Both the position numbers and the translations under genes were made by a program. The notes under the pieces were generated by a model that did no database searches, was not told the origin of the DNA, and worked only from the letters and a program-made list of their open reading frames with translations. Below, in pieces: positions 19,437 to 27,884 of a stretch of 64,000 nucleotides of DNA. Position 1 is the stretch's first letter. Every line of letters starts with the position of its first letter. Location of the stretch: NCBI GenBank assembly GCA_007695095.1, contig REEL01000148.1, positions 218 to 64,217 on the forward strand, written 5' to 3'. This DNA is from Chitinophagaceae bacterium. Its GTDB lineage: Bacteria; Bacteroidota; Bacteroidia; Chitinophagales; REEL01.

Positions 19437-20057
19437 TTGAAAACTTTCCTTTTAATCATATTGTCTTTTTACATTTTTTCAGCTAATGCGGCAACGCCCT
19501 TTGATGAAATTCCGGATACAAGCAGGCAGGATGCTATAATTGAAACAGAAAATATTCAGGAAAAAACAATCAGTAAGGAAGCACCGTCTCACAGCCCTGC
19601 AAGAGCAGCTTTCTTAAGTGCTGTACTTCCCGGTGCCGGTCAGGTTTATAACAGAAAATATTGGAAATTGCCAATTATTTATGCCGGTTTTGCAGGATTA
19701 GGATACTCTATCTATTTTAATGCCGGTGAGTATAGAAACTTCAGAAATGCAATTCTTACCCGATTGGATGACAATCCGGACACTACAGACCCCTATGAAG
19801 ATATTTATACAACGGAAAACCTGATTACACTTAAAAATTATTATCGAAGAAACTTAGACATTTCAGTTGTAGCGAGTATTTTACTGTATGCACTTAACAT
19901 CATTGATGCAACTGTAGATGCACACCTTTTTGAATTTGATGTAAGTGATGATCTAAGCCTGCAACTATTTAATTATGATGCGGTTAGTCAACCTTATTTT
20001 ACCGGGTTTCAAAATGGTTCGGTCAACTTCACTCTTCGTTGGAAAGTCGGTAATTAG
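19437..20057 (+). CDS. DUF5683-like membrane protein (typical gene after parB in Bacteroidota)
   Basis: TTG start, signal peptide MKTFLLIILSFYIFSANA, and motif AAFLSAVLPGAGQVYNRKYWKLPIIYAGFAGLGY. Confidence 0.7.
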   Translation: MKTFLLIILSFYIFSANAATPFDEIPDTSRQDAIIETENIQEKTISKEAPSHSPARAAFLSAVLPGAGQVYNRKYWKLPIIYAGFAGLGYSIYFNAGEYRNFRNAILTRLDDNPDTTDPYEDIYTTENLITLKNYYRRNLDISVVASILLYALNIIDATVDAHLFEFDVSDDLSLQLFNYDAVSQPYFTGFQNGSVNFTLRWKVGN

Positions 20058-20257
20058 TTTTTCTCCTGACTCTTCTTTTTTGAATCTGAAAACACAGATG
20101 CCCCCAAACCTCCAATCAAAGCACCATAAACGGTTGAATTGTACCATACTGAGGTAATTGAACAATTACCTGTCAAACAACCAATTTGATTCCAATACAA
20201 AAATCCGGCTACAGCCCCTATTGAAATACCTATTGCTATAATTATATATTTATTCAT
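20054..20257 (-). CDS. Small two-TM membrane protein (possibly DUF6132-like); last gene of the sulfur operon
   Basis: 67 aa, IIIAIGISIGAVAGFLYWNQIGCLTGNCSITS...YGALIGGLGA. It is co-oriented with the rhodanese genes at a 12-nt spacing. Confidence 0.6.
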   Translation of the reverse strand: MNKYIIIAIGISIGAVAGFLYWNQIGCLTGNCSITSVWYNSTVYGALIGGLGASVFSDSKKKSQEKN

Positions 20258-20269
20258 TTTTATTAAATT

Positions 20270-20665
20270 TTAATTTTTAATCGGCAAATTATTGCGGACC
20301 CAATCCTGAAAACCTCTGTTGAGATGATAAACTTTACCTTGACGATGTTCCATATAGGTTGAAAAAATTCTACTGCTTCTGTTTCCACTTGCACAGTAAA
20401 CAATGATATCTTTAGGCTCATCAGCTGTTTTCAACATCTTATCCCAAAAATCATTTCCATAAAAATTTATGTTTATGGCATTCTCTATATGACCTCTATT
20501 AAATTCTTGTGGAGTTCTTAAATCAATAACCAAATATTCACTTCCATTTAGAAATACTTCCTGCAAATCTAGTGCAGATACATTTTGCACATTTTCATTA
20601 TTTACTGAACCAGCACACGAAGTGAAGGTTATTGTTAAAAAAAATAATACTATAAAATTTTTCAT
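20270..20665 (-). CDS. Exported single-domain rhodanese (sulfurtransferase), probable lipoprotein
   Basis: Signal/lipobox LTITFTSCAG. The rhodanese fold motif is VIDLRTPQEFNRGHIENAINI, and the active-site loop is VYCASGNRSSR. Confidence 0.8.
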   Translation of the reverse strand: MKNFIVLFFLTITFTSCAGSVNNENVQNVSALDLQEVFLNGSEYLVIDLRTPQEFNRGHIENAININFYGNDFWDKMLKTADEPKDIIVYCASGNRSSRIFSTYMEHRQGKVYHLNRGFQDWVRNNLPIKN

Positions 20666-20675
20666 ATTTTAAAAT

Positions 20676-20996
20676 TTACTTTGAAAATTGTTGAAAATTA
20701 AACCACATTCCACCATTATAAACCTTTTCAAGACCTTTGTCTTTTAAGATTTCATTAGCGGTAGCGCTTTTAAAACCTGAACCGCAAACTACAATTACAG
20801 GAACATTAAGTTTTTTTAGTTTTTCAGCCTTTGTCTCCAACTCATTCATGGGAATATTCAATGCTCTTGGTGCATGCCCAAGTTCAAAATCTTTTTCTTT
20901 TCGGACATCAATCAACAAAGCCCCTTCCTGAAACAAGACTTCCCAGTCGGGTTGTCTGATTAATCGGGGGAATATTTTTTTTATTAGTGCAAACAT
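20676..20996 (-). CDS. Cytoplasmic single-domain rhodanese
   Basis: LIDVRKEKDFELGHAPRALNIP and the active-site loop VVCGSGFKSATA. Confidence 0.8.
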   Translation of the reverse strand: MFALIKKIFPRLIRQPDWEVLFQEGALLIDVRKEKDFELGHAPRALNIPMNELETKAEKLKKLNVPVIVVCGSGFKSATANEILKDKGLEKVYNGGMWFNFQQFSK

Positions 20997-21011
20997 ATAC
21001 TTAGCATAACG

Positions 21012-22736
21012 CTATTTCCCCTTTAAAAATTCCTCTTTCAAACTGATAATTGTACTTTTTGATTTCATCCTGTTTTCTGAAATATCCAATATAGCCTCAT
21101 AGACTTCCCTGTAAAAATTTTCTTCGCCCATAAAATCAATAAATCCTGCCTTTTCCATTCTGTCACTAACCGGCCCTATTAAACTTGTTATAACTAATAT
21201 AATTCCCTGTTCTTTAAGTTTTGCAGTAACTTTTTCCAACATTTCAAAAGCTGTTGAATCCACATGATTAATCCCGGCTGCGTCTAAAACTACATATTCA
21301 ACATCAGCATTATTTTTGATTTTTTCGAATAAATTCTCAGAAAAATATTCATGATTGGCAAAATATAAAGGACCATCAAATCTAACTACTACAAATCCCG
21401 GCTCTTTTATACAATTTTCGTAACGTTTAACATTTCTGAAAATTGGAGTATCGGGAAGTCTGCCTAATTCTACAAAATGTGGTTGAGTAGTTCTAAAAAT
21501 TATAATAATCAATGAAATCAATGCGCCAATCAAAATCCCATACAAAATACCCATACTGAGGGTTACTAAAAATGTGGCTATCCAAATGAAAATATCACCC
21601 TTTGACAGCTTCATCAATTTTAATGGCGTTTTAAAATCAACCAAACCTATTACAGCAAAAATTACAATCGTTGCAAGTATAGCTTTTGGTAAATAAAAAA
21701 ACATGTCTGTTAAAAAAAGTAATGTTACTAACACCATTGCCAAAGCAATAATACTTGAAAGCTGAGTTTTTGCTCCGGCCTCCTTATTAACTGTTGATCT
21801 TGAAAAACCACCGGCAACCGGAAAAGAACTAAAAAAGCTGCCTCCTAAATTTGATAAGCCCATAGAAATAAACTCCTGATTACTTTTAGGTTGCCCATCG
21901 CTATCATTTTCTGACAATTTTTTTGCAATAGCTATAGATTCTATAAAGCCAATTAATGCTATTGAAAAAGCTATAGGCAGTAATTCTAAAAGCTCTGACC
22001 ACAAAGGCAATGTAAACGGTGGCATTCCGGAAGGTACTTCACCCAAAACTTTTACTCCGTCCTGATGTAAATTTCCCATGTAAACAATAGAGATTCCCAA
22101 TACAACCACTATCAAAAACGAAGGAAAGCTTTTTTTATACTTTTTTATCAAAAATATTAATGCAAAAGCAATAACAGCAGTTATCATACTCGGAAAATGC
22201 AGTGTTTGTATATTCTGTATAATATTTAATACAATTTCATGAGCAAACTTAGAGGACTCCATATCGAGTCCGAACACATGCTTCAGCTGACTAAACGCTA
22301 TAATAATTGCAGCTGCCGATGTAAATGCTGCTAAAACCGGATGTGATAAAAAGTTAACTATAAAACCCAAGCGAAAAACACCCATTGATAATTGCAGTAT
22401 CCCAACCAAAAAGCTGAGTGTTACTGCATACTTTACAGCTTCAGCTGAACCATGTTCTGCATAAGGCAAAATACTTGCGCCCACTAAAATAGCTACTATA
22501 GCGACCGGTCCGACAGAAAGATATCTTGAAGTTCCAAAAACTGCATATATAAACAAAGGTACCAATGCGGCATACAAACCATAAATAGGCGGTAAGCCCG
22601 CAACCATTGCATAAGCCATACCCTGAGGTATGAGCATTACGCCTATGGTTAAACCTGCTGAAATATCATAGTTTAGCCAAGATTTCTTATAGTTTTTTAT
22701 CCACCCGGCAGCAGGTATAATTTTTGTTAGATTCAA
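21012..22736 (-). CDS. SulP-family anion transporter with C-terminal STAS domain
   Basis: 574 aa. The N-terminus WLNYDISAGLTIGVMLIPQGMAYAMVAGLPPIYGLYA is typical of SulP. The C-terminal soluble part (VVVRFDGPLYFANHEYF...VVLDAAGINHVDSTA) is STAS-like. Confidence 0.88.
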   Translation of the reverse strand: MNLTKIIPAAGWIKNYKKSWLNYDISAGLTIGVMLIPQGMAYAMVAGLPPIYGLYAALVPLFIYAVFGTSRYLSVGPVAIVAILVGASILPYAEHGSAEAVKYAVTLSFLVGILQLSMGVFRLGFIVNFLSHPVLAAFTSAAAIIIAFSQLKHVFGLDMESSKFAHEIVLNIIQNIQTLHFPSMITAVIAFALIFLIKKYKKSFPSFLIVVVLGISIVYMGNLHQDGVKVLGEVPSGMPPFTLPLWSELLELLPIAFSIALIGFIESIAIAKKLSENDSDGQPKSNQEFISMGLSNLGGSFFSSFPVAGGFSRSTVNKEAGAKTQLSSIIALAMVLVTLLFLTDMFFYLPKAILATIVIFAVIGLVDFKTPLKLMKLSKGDIFIWIATFLVTLSMGILYGILIGALISLIIIIFRTTQPHFVELGRLPDTPIFRNVKRYENCIKEPGFVVVRFDGPLYFANHEYFSENLFEKIKNNADVEYVVLDAAGINHVDSTAFEMLEKVTAKLKEQGIILVITSLIGPVSDRMEKAGFIDFMGEENFYREVYEAILDISENRMKSKSTIISLKEEFLKGK

Positions 22737-22765
22737 TGCTGAATATTTTTTATAAAACTAAACAA

Positions 22766-23179
22766 TTAATGTGGTAAATTAGGTCTAAAGTAACTATAAA
22801 CCCATGTTCCTATTAATGCAAACAATATAATTATTAATACAGGATAAACACCTGCTCCAACCAAAGCAAATAAAGGTCCTGGACATGCTCCTGTCATAGC
22901 CCACCCCATTCCAAATATACTTCCTCCAATTATATAACCATGGTTATATACTTTTTTGGGGAAATCAATTTTTGTACCATCAATTGCTTTTCCTCCGTTC
23001 AGTTTTAGCAACCCTATTAAAACCATCCCGGTAAAAATGGCACTACCAATTATTCCATACATATGAAAGGATTGAAACCGGAACATCTCCTGAATACGAT
23101 ACCAGGAAATCACTTCACTTTTTGTTAATATTATCCCAAAAAGGATACCTAAAAACAAATATATAAACCATCTAATCAT
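22766..23179 (-). CDS. YeeE/YedE-related sulfur-transport membrane protein, short second subunit
   Basis: 137 aa with four hydrophobic segments and the motif GWAMTGACPGP. It lies immediately downstream of the YeeE/YedE gene. Confidence 0.7.
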   Translation of the reverse strand: MIRWFIYLFLGILFGIILTKSEVISWYRIQEMFRFQSFHMYGIIGSAIFTGMVLIGLLKLNGGKAIDGTKIDFPKKVYNHGYIIGGSIFGMGWAMTGACPGPLFALVGAGVYPVLIIILFALIGTWVYSYFRPNLPH

Positions 23180-23188
23180 AACTAATAT

Positions 23189-23743
23189 TTAAAAGATTAA
23201 GGGAAATATAAGGTGTGTCATTACTAAGCCACCTGCAAAAAATCCAACAACAGCCAATAATGATGCCCATTGCAAATGAGATAAGCCGGTGATGGCATGA
23301 CCGGAGGTGCAACCTCCGGCATACCGGGTTCCAAAACCAACAAAAAACCCACCTATAGCCATAAATAAAAATCCTTGCCATGTGATAAAACTCTCAAAAG
23401 AAATCAGTGAAGAAGGTAATAAACCGGACTCATGACTTATTCCTAACTTTTGAATGTCTCTGATTGTGGCATCTGATATAGCTATTAGTTCCGGATGTCC
23501 AATTACATTCCATGCAATCACACCGCCTAAAAAAACACCTAATACAAAAATCAAATTCCACTTTTCTGCTTTCCAATCATATTTCAAAAATGAAATATTC
23601 GCCGGCACACAAGCTGCACATACATGTCTAAAGCTCGAGGAAATACCAAGGTTTTTATTACTTACCCATAAGAGTAAAAATAATGTAATACCTATTAAAG
23701 GCCCGGCCACATACCATGGCCAGGGCTCGTATAAAAAATTCAT
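23189..23743 (-). CDS. YeeE/YedE family sulfur-compound transporter subunit
   Basis: 184 aa, hydrophobic, with the motif RYAGGCTSGHAITG (conserved Cys loop of YeeE/YedE). Confidence 0.78.
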   Translation of the reverse strand: MNFLYEPWPWYVAGPLIGITLFLLLWVSNKNLGISSSFRHVCAACVPANISFLKYDWKAEKWNLIFVLGVFLGGVIAWNVIGHPELIAISDATIRDIQKLGISHESGLLPSSLISFESFITWQGFLFMAIGGFFVGFGTRYAGGCTSGHAITGLSHLQWASLLAVVGFFAGGLVMTHLIFPLIF

Positions 23744-23761
23744 CTTTCTTTGTTTTAATTA

Positions 23762-25087
23762 TTAATAATTATTGATTCGCTCACCCAGATCATACACTTT
23801 ATCTTTAAGTGCACCTTCTAAAATACTCGAACCGGCAGCACTTCTGTAACCTGCGGCACAATGAACCACAACCGGCTTTCCTGTAGGAATCTCAGCATAC
23901 CGCTCCCTTAATTCATTAAGTGGAATAAGAATTCGGTTGGTGAACTTCGCTTCTTTTGCCTCTCCCTCGTTTCGCACATCTACTATAGTGAATGAATCCG
24001 GATTTTTATCGAAATCTTCGATTGGTAAATCCTCTGATTGAGTGCTCATATTTGATTGTGGTAGAATTGCGGCTTTAATATTCAGTTCATAACCGATTTT
24101 TGCAGCTTTCTCAATCAATTCTTCCCTGCTATTCTCATCCTCTGCAAGTAAATAATACTTTTCGTCAGGGCTGACAATAGAACCTAACCATGTTTCAAAC
24201 TTCCCGCCATTCATCAGGTTTATACTACCCTTCAGATGCCCCTTCTTAAATTCTCTTTCATCTCTGGTATCTATAATTACATGCCCATCTTCAATATTCA
24301 CATCGCCTTCCGGACGATTTACCGCCTTAATACTTTCTTCATAGGCTGGTGCTCCTGCTTTATTTAAAGCAACATTATATCCAAAGTATTTTGGAATAAA
24401 GGGTTGATCTTCTAAAAGCATTTTTACAAAAGTGTCTTCATCCATAGGTTGTAGAGCTGTATTTTGCTCTAATTCTTTTCCTATAGTACTGGTAAGATCC
24501 GTACTTAGATTTTTACCACATAAAGAACCCGCTCCGTGTGCCGGATAGACCATAACTTGTTCTTCAAGCTTCATCAGCTTTTCACGAGTTGAGGTGTACA
24601 TATCTTTTGCCAACTCTTCTCTTTTAGCATGTATAGAACCCGCTTTTTCTCTTAAATCCGGTCTTCCAACGTCTCCAATAAATAATGTATCTCCGGTAAA
24701 AACGCCGTGCTGCTTACCGTCCTTGTCAAGTAATAAAAGTGTTATACTGTCCGGAGAGTGACCCGGAGTATGTATAATTCTAAAGTTTACTTCTCCTAAA
24801 GTTACGGTGTCTCCCTCATTAAGTGACTTATGAGGATAATCCGCACCTAAAAGCTCGCTCACATAAATATCCGCCCCTGTCGTTTCTGATATCTCTAAAT
24901 GAGAACTCACAAAATCTGCATGTGGATGCGTTTCAAAAACCTTTGTGATTTTTGCATTATGCTTGTCTACAAATTCATAATACGGCTTAGGATCTCTGGC
25001 CGGATCTACCAATGCCGCTTCTTTTCCGCTAATAATTACATAACTGGCATGTGCCAAACCTTTGTCATAAAATTGTTCTACTATCAT
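23762..25087 (-). CDS. Persulfide dioxygenase (MBL fold) fused to two rhodanese domains (CstB/Blh-like)
   Basis: MBL motif FETHPHADF...IHTPGHSPDS...GDTLFIGDVGRPDL. One rhodanese-like domain without Cys follows (VIIDTRDEREFKKGHLKGSINL), then a second with the catalytic loop VVVHCAAGYRSAAG. The 441-aa length is close to that of the S. aureus CstB architecture. Confidence 0.85.
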   Translation of the reverse strand: MIVEQFYDKGLAHASYVIISGKEAALVDPARDPKPYYEFVDKHNAKITKVFETHPHADFVSSHLEISETTGADIYVSELLGADYPHKSLNEGDTVTLGEVNFRIIHTPGHSPDSITLLLLDKDGKQHGVFTGDTLFIGDVGRPDLREKAGSIHAKREELAKDMYTSTREKLMKLEEQVMVYPAHGAGSLCGKNLSTDLTSTIGKELEQNTALQPMDEDTFVKMLLEDQPFIPKYFGYNVALNKAGAPAYEESIKAVNRPEGDVNIEDGHVIIDTRDEREFKKGHLKGSINLMNGGKFETWLGSIVSPDEKYYLLAEDENSREELIEKAAKIGYELNIKAAILPQSNMSTQSEDLPIEDFDKNPDSFTIVDVRNEGEAKEAKFTNRILIPLNELRERYAEIPTGKPVVVHCAAGYRSAAGSSILEGALKDKVYDLGERINNY

Positions 25088-25109
25088 TTTTTAATGTTTT
25101 TGTTTAAAA

Positions 25110-25143
25110 TTCATATCTAAGTATCTAAATGCAAAGATATGTA
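25110..25143 (-). promoter_or_regulatory. Promoter (-7 box) overlapped by a dyad operator candidate for the sulfur operon
   Basis: In gene orientation it reads TACATATCTTTGCATTTAGATACTTAGATATGAA. It contains TATCTTTG (TAnnTTTG; plus-strand 25132-25139) and the inverted repeat CATATCT-N16-AGATATG. The 20-mer CATATCTTTGCATTTAGATA is identical to 48398-48417. Confidence 0.6.
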
Positions 25144-25461
25144 AATTAGTTCAGAAAAAAAAATAGTATTTGTTAAAAAACTTTTTTTAAATTAAAAATC
25201 TGAAAAATGATAGCCTTTGTGACAGATTTACCTAAAGATTTTTCTCAACAATCCCATTTTCATTATTGATATACAGATACTTACAACATCCTGACGTTTT
25301 TTTTCCAGTAATGATGTGTAATTTTCAATATAAAAGACTTCAAAAAATATACATAAAAGTTCATCTTACATGCTTTAATTTTACTTTATTTGTCATAACA
25401 TTGTTCCGTATTCAAAAATATTTTTTAAACTTGTATTAATTATTAACAAAACCAAATCATC

Positions 25462-25923
25462 ATGAAAACTATGAAAAACTTTTTTCTACTTATGGCACTT
25501 ACTATTATAAGTGTGCCTGCATTTTCGTATTCAGCGGATCTATTTGAATTTGATGAACAAACTTTTAACGAATCCTTCAATGGCGTTAGCGAGTTAGAAT
25601 CATTTCTTTTAGAAAACCACGGAGTAACACTTTCTGAACTTGAAGCTTCAGGTTCACCACTTTTAAATGCTGTAGACCTAAGCATGGATCGTTCAAGTCT
25701 AATGTCTTCAGCTGTTGGGTATCAGGCTCCATTAGGAATACCATCTTTCCTTTGGGGATTCTGTCTGGGTGCAGTTGGGATACTTATTGTATACCTAATC
25801 AGCGAATCACGTGATGAAACCATCAAAGCACTTTGGGGTTGTATTGCCAGTGTTGCACTCTATTTCCTATTCTGGTTAGTTTATGCTATTATATTAGGAG
25901 CTTCAGGGTTCTTATTCTTTTAA
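25462..25923 (+). CDS. Membrane protein of unknown function (signal peptide plus two C-terminal TM segments)
   Basis: MKTMKNFFLLMALTIISVPAFS, an acidic soluble part, then PLGIPSFLWGFCLGAVGILIVYLIS and VALYFLFWLVYAIILGASGFLFF. Confidence 0.65.
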   Translation: MKTMKNFFLLMALTIISVPAFSYSADLFEFDEQTFNESFNGVSELESFLLENHGVTLSELEASGSPLLNAVDLSMDRSSLMSSAVGYQAPLGIPSFLWGFCLGAVGILIVYLISESRDETIKALWGCIASVALYFLFWLVYAIILGASGFLFF

Positions 25924-25935
25924 ATTTAACTATTA

Positions 25936-26640
25936 ATGAAGCTATATTTCATAGCATTTATCTTAATAAGTATTTTTACCATGTTGCCCGAGAGTCTTCT
26001 TGGGCAACATTTTTTTAGGATAAAAGCTGACTTTTCAATTAAAGAAAAATTAGCTGATGGTAAAGATCAGCTAATCATGGGAACTGTATATTACGATAAA
26101 AACTATAAGAAGTTAGTTTATGATATTCGTTTCCCGGAAGCAGAAACATGGGTATTGAGAGATACTTTTTTTTACAGTATAAAACCTGATGAAACTGAAG
26201 TATTTTCTTTTCCCGCCTTTACTGAATTTACGATGTTCCATTATGCTCTTAGCGGCAACTTACATGATTATGGTATTGATGACAAATATTATCAAGTAGG
26301 TAACGTTATCAGAGATGAGGGTATGGTAATTACCACCTATCACATCATACAGGAACTTGAAGATTTAATTGGAGATATCATAATTTCACAAAAAGATAGA
26401 AAGATATATGGTATAGCCTTTTACGATGCTGAAGAAAATTTATTAAACAGACAGTTTTTTAGAGATTATGTAAATGTCAGAGGATTAGAATTTCCAACCA
26501 GAATTATACAAATTGCATATGTTAATGATCAGGAGCTTTATAAAGAAACCCGTTTTAGAAATGTCAAAGTCAATGACCTGCAAGACAATCATATTTACAA
26601 TTATGATGTTTCTGACATTCAACCCACTTCAGGCAAATAA
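25936..26640 (+). CDS. Secreted protein of unknown function
   Basis: Signal peptide MKLYFIAFILISIFTMLPESLLGQ. The sequence looks beta-rich. A LolA-like fold is only a guess. Confidence 0.6.
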   Translation: MKLYFIAFILISIFTMLPESLLGQHFFRIKADFSIKEKLADGKDQLIMGTVYYDKNYKKLVYDIRFPEAETWVLRDTFFYSIKPDETEVFSFPAFTEFTMFHYALSGNLHDYGIDDKYYQVGNVIRDEGMVITTYHIIQELEDLIGDIIISQKDRKIYGIAFYDAEENLLNRQFFRDYVNVRGLEFPTRIIQIAYVNDQELYKETRFRNVKVNDLQDNHIYNYDVSDIQPTSGK

Positions 26641-26971
26641 CGAAAAATTTGAAGTGTTAAGGAACAATCTGACGAATGCAGGCAAGTCAAAAGAGCCTGC
26701 TTATAACTTTATCAAGAATAGTGATAATGAGTTCCAGATTATGTTTTCCGGATTATATTGGTTTTACAAAGAGTTTATTTCTTCTCAAGATGAGGGGAAT
26801 TGCCAATTTTGGCCATCCTGCTCAGAATTTGGATTACTTGCTATACAACAACAGGGGGCATTTATAGGTATAATTAATACTTTTGACCGTTTAATGCGTT
26901 GCAACGGACTAAGTCCGGAACTATATGAAGTTCACCCCGAAAGACGTCTTTTAAAAGATCCGGTAAAATAA
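26573..26971 (+). CDS. YidD-like (membrane protein insertion efficiency factor family) protein with an N-terminal hydrophobic extension
   Basis: YKEFISSQDEGNCQFWPSCSEFGLLAIQQQGAFIGIINTFDRLMRCN matches the YidD signature (C-x-F-x-P-[ST]-C-S ... R-x-x-R-C). The best start gives MTCKTIIFTIMMFLTFNPLQA. The start overlaps the previous gene, so it is uncertain. Confidence 0.65.
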   Translation: MTCKTIIFTIMMFLTFNPLQANNEKFEVLRNNLTNAGKSKEPAYNFIKNSDNEFQIMFSGLYWFYKEFISSQDEGNCQFWPSCSEFGLLAIQQQGAFIGIINTFDRLMRCNGLSPELYEVHPERRLLKDPVK

Positions 26972-26987
26972 ACTTAATAACCAATTT

Positions 26988-27884
26988 ATGCCTCTAAATA
27001 TTTTTACTTCACTCCTGTTTGCAGGGTGTTTTTTATTCATTGTAACGCCTGCATTTTCTCAAAATGATACGCTTTCTGAAATAAAAACAGATACTGTTTT
27101 TTTGGAAAAGGCTGAAAATATTTACAATGAAGAGAACTCAATGAATTTTGGTAAATACCTTTACTACAAAGGAGATTATCCACAATCTATAATTGAATTT
27201 GAAAGAGTTCTTTTTATGAATGATGAGAAAGGTGAAGCTGCAAACTTCCTCATTCGGGCTTTGAGAAAAACCGGTAAATATGAAAATGCTATTAACGAAA
27301 TTTATAAACGACATGGTTTGCCCGAAACGCTATCAGCAGATATGTTAAAGGAATTGATTGCCTTAAATATTTATCTGGGAAATTTTGAATCTGCAGAATC
27401 TTATTTAGTAACTACTGATAAATTCAATGCTGACGAAAGGCTTGAACTCAACCTTCAAATAGCTTTTATGCAGGATGATTATGACAAAGCTATTTCTTTA
27501 TATACAGAGAAGGGTTTTGATAACAGAGCTGCTGATTTGCGCTTCAGACCACTCATTAATGCTGCTGAATCTTACAATCATAAAAGACCCGGAGTTGCAT
27601 TAGGCTTATCAACGGTTGTCCCCGGCTTAGGTAAAGTTTATGCAGGTGCATGGAAAGATGGAATTATTTCTTTTCTGTTTGTGGGCGGAGCTGCTTTTCA
27701 GGCCTACAGAGGCTTCTCTCGCAGAGGGGTCGAAAGTGCTCATGGTTGGGTATTTGGAGCAATAGGTCTTGGCTTTTATTCCGGAAACCTTTACGGTTCC
27801 TGGAGAGCCGCTGAAAAAAGTAATGAAATTCAAAAACATCAAATACGACATCATGTACAAAGTTTTGACTGGCTTACTGATTAA
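26988..27884 (+). CDS. TPR-repeat protein with a C-terminal PGxGxxYxG membrane module
   Basis: Signal peptide MPLNIFTSLLFAGCFLFIVTPAFSQ. TPR-like repeats (YYKGDYPQSIIEFERVL, KTGKYENAINEIY, MQDDYDKAISLY). The C-terminus is LSTVVPGLGKVYAGAWKDG (27621-27647) followed by hydrophobic segments. Confidence 0.7.
   Translation: MPLNIFTSLLFAGCFLFIVTPAFSQNDTLSEIKTDTVFLEKAENIYNEENSMNFGKYLYYKGDYPQSIIEFERVLFMNDEKGEAANFLIRALRKTGKYENAINEIYKRHGLPETLSADMLKELIALNIYLGNFESAESYLVTTDKFNADERLELNLQIAFMQDDYDKAISLYTEKGFDNRAADLRFRPLINAAESYNHKRPGVALGLSTVVPGLGKVYAGAWKDGIISFLFVGGAAFQAYRGFSRRGVESAHGWVFGAIGLGFYSGNLYGSWRAAEKSNEIQKHQIRHHVQSFDWLTD

Noticed and set aside
25805-25820. A possible parS site (AATCACGTGATGAAAC), noticed while searching for TGTTTCACGTGAAACA-like sequences near parAB.
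   Set aside because: Only the central CACGTG core matches and the arms do not. It lies inside a coding region 6 kb from parB. I found no convincing parS in the window.
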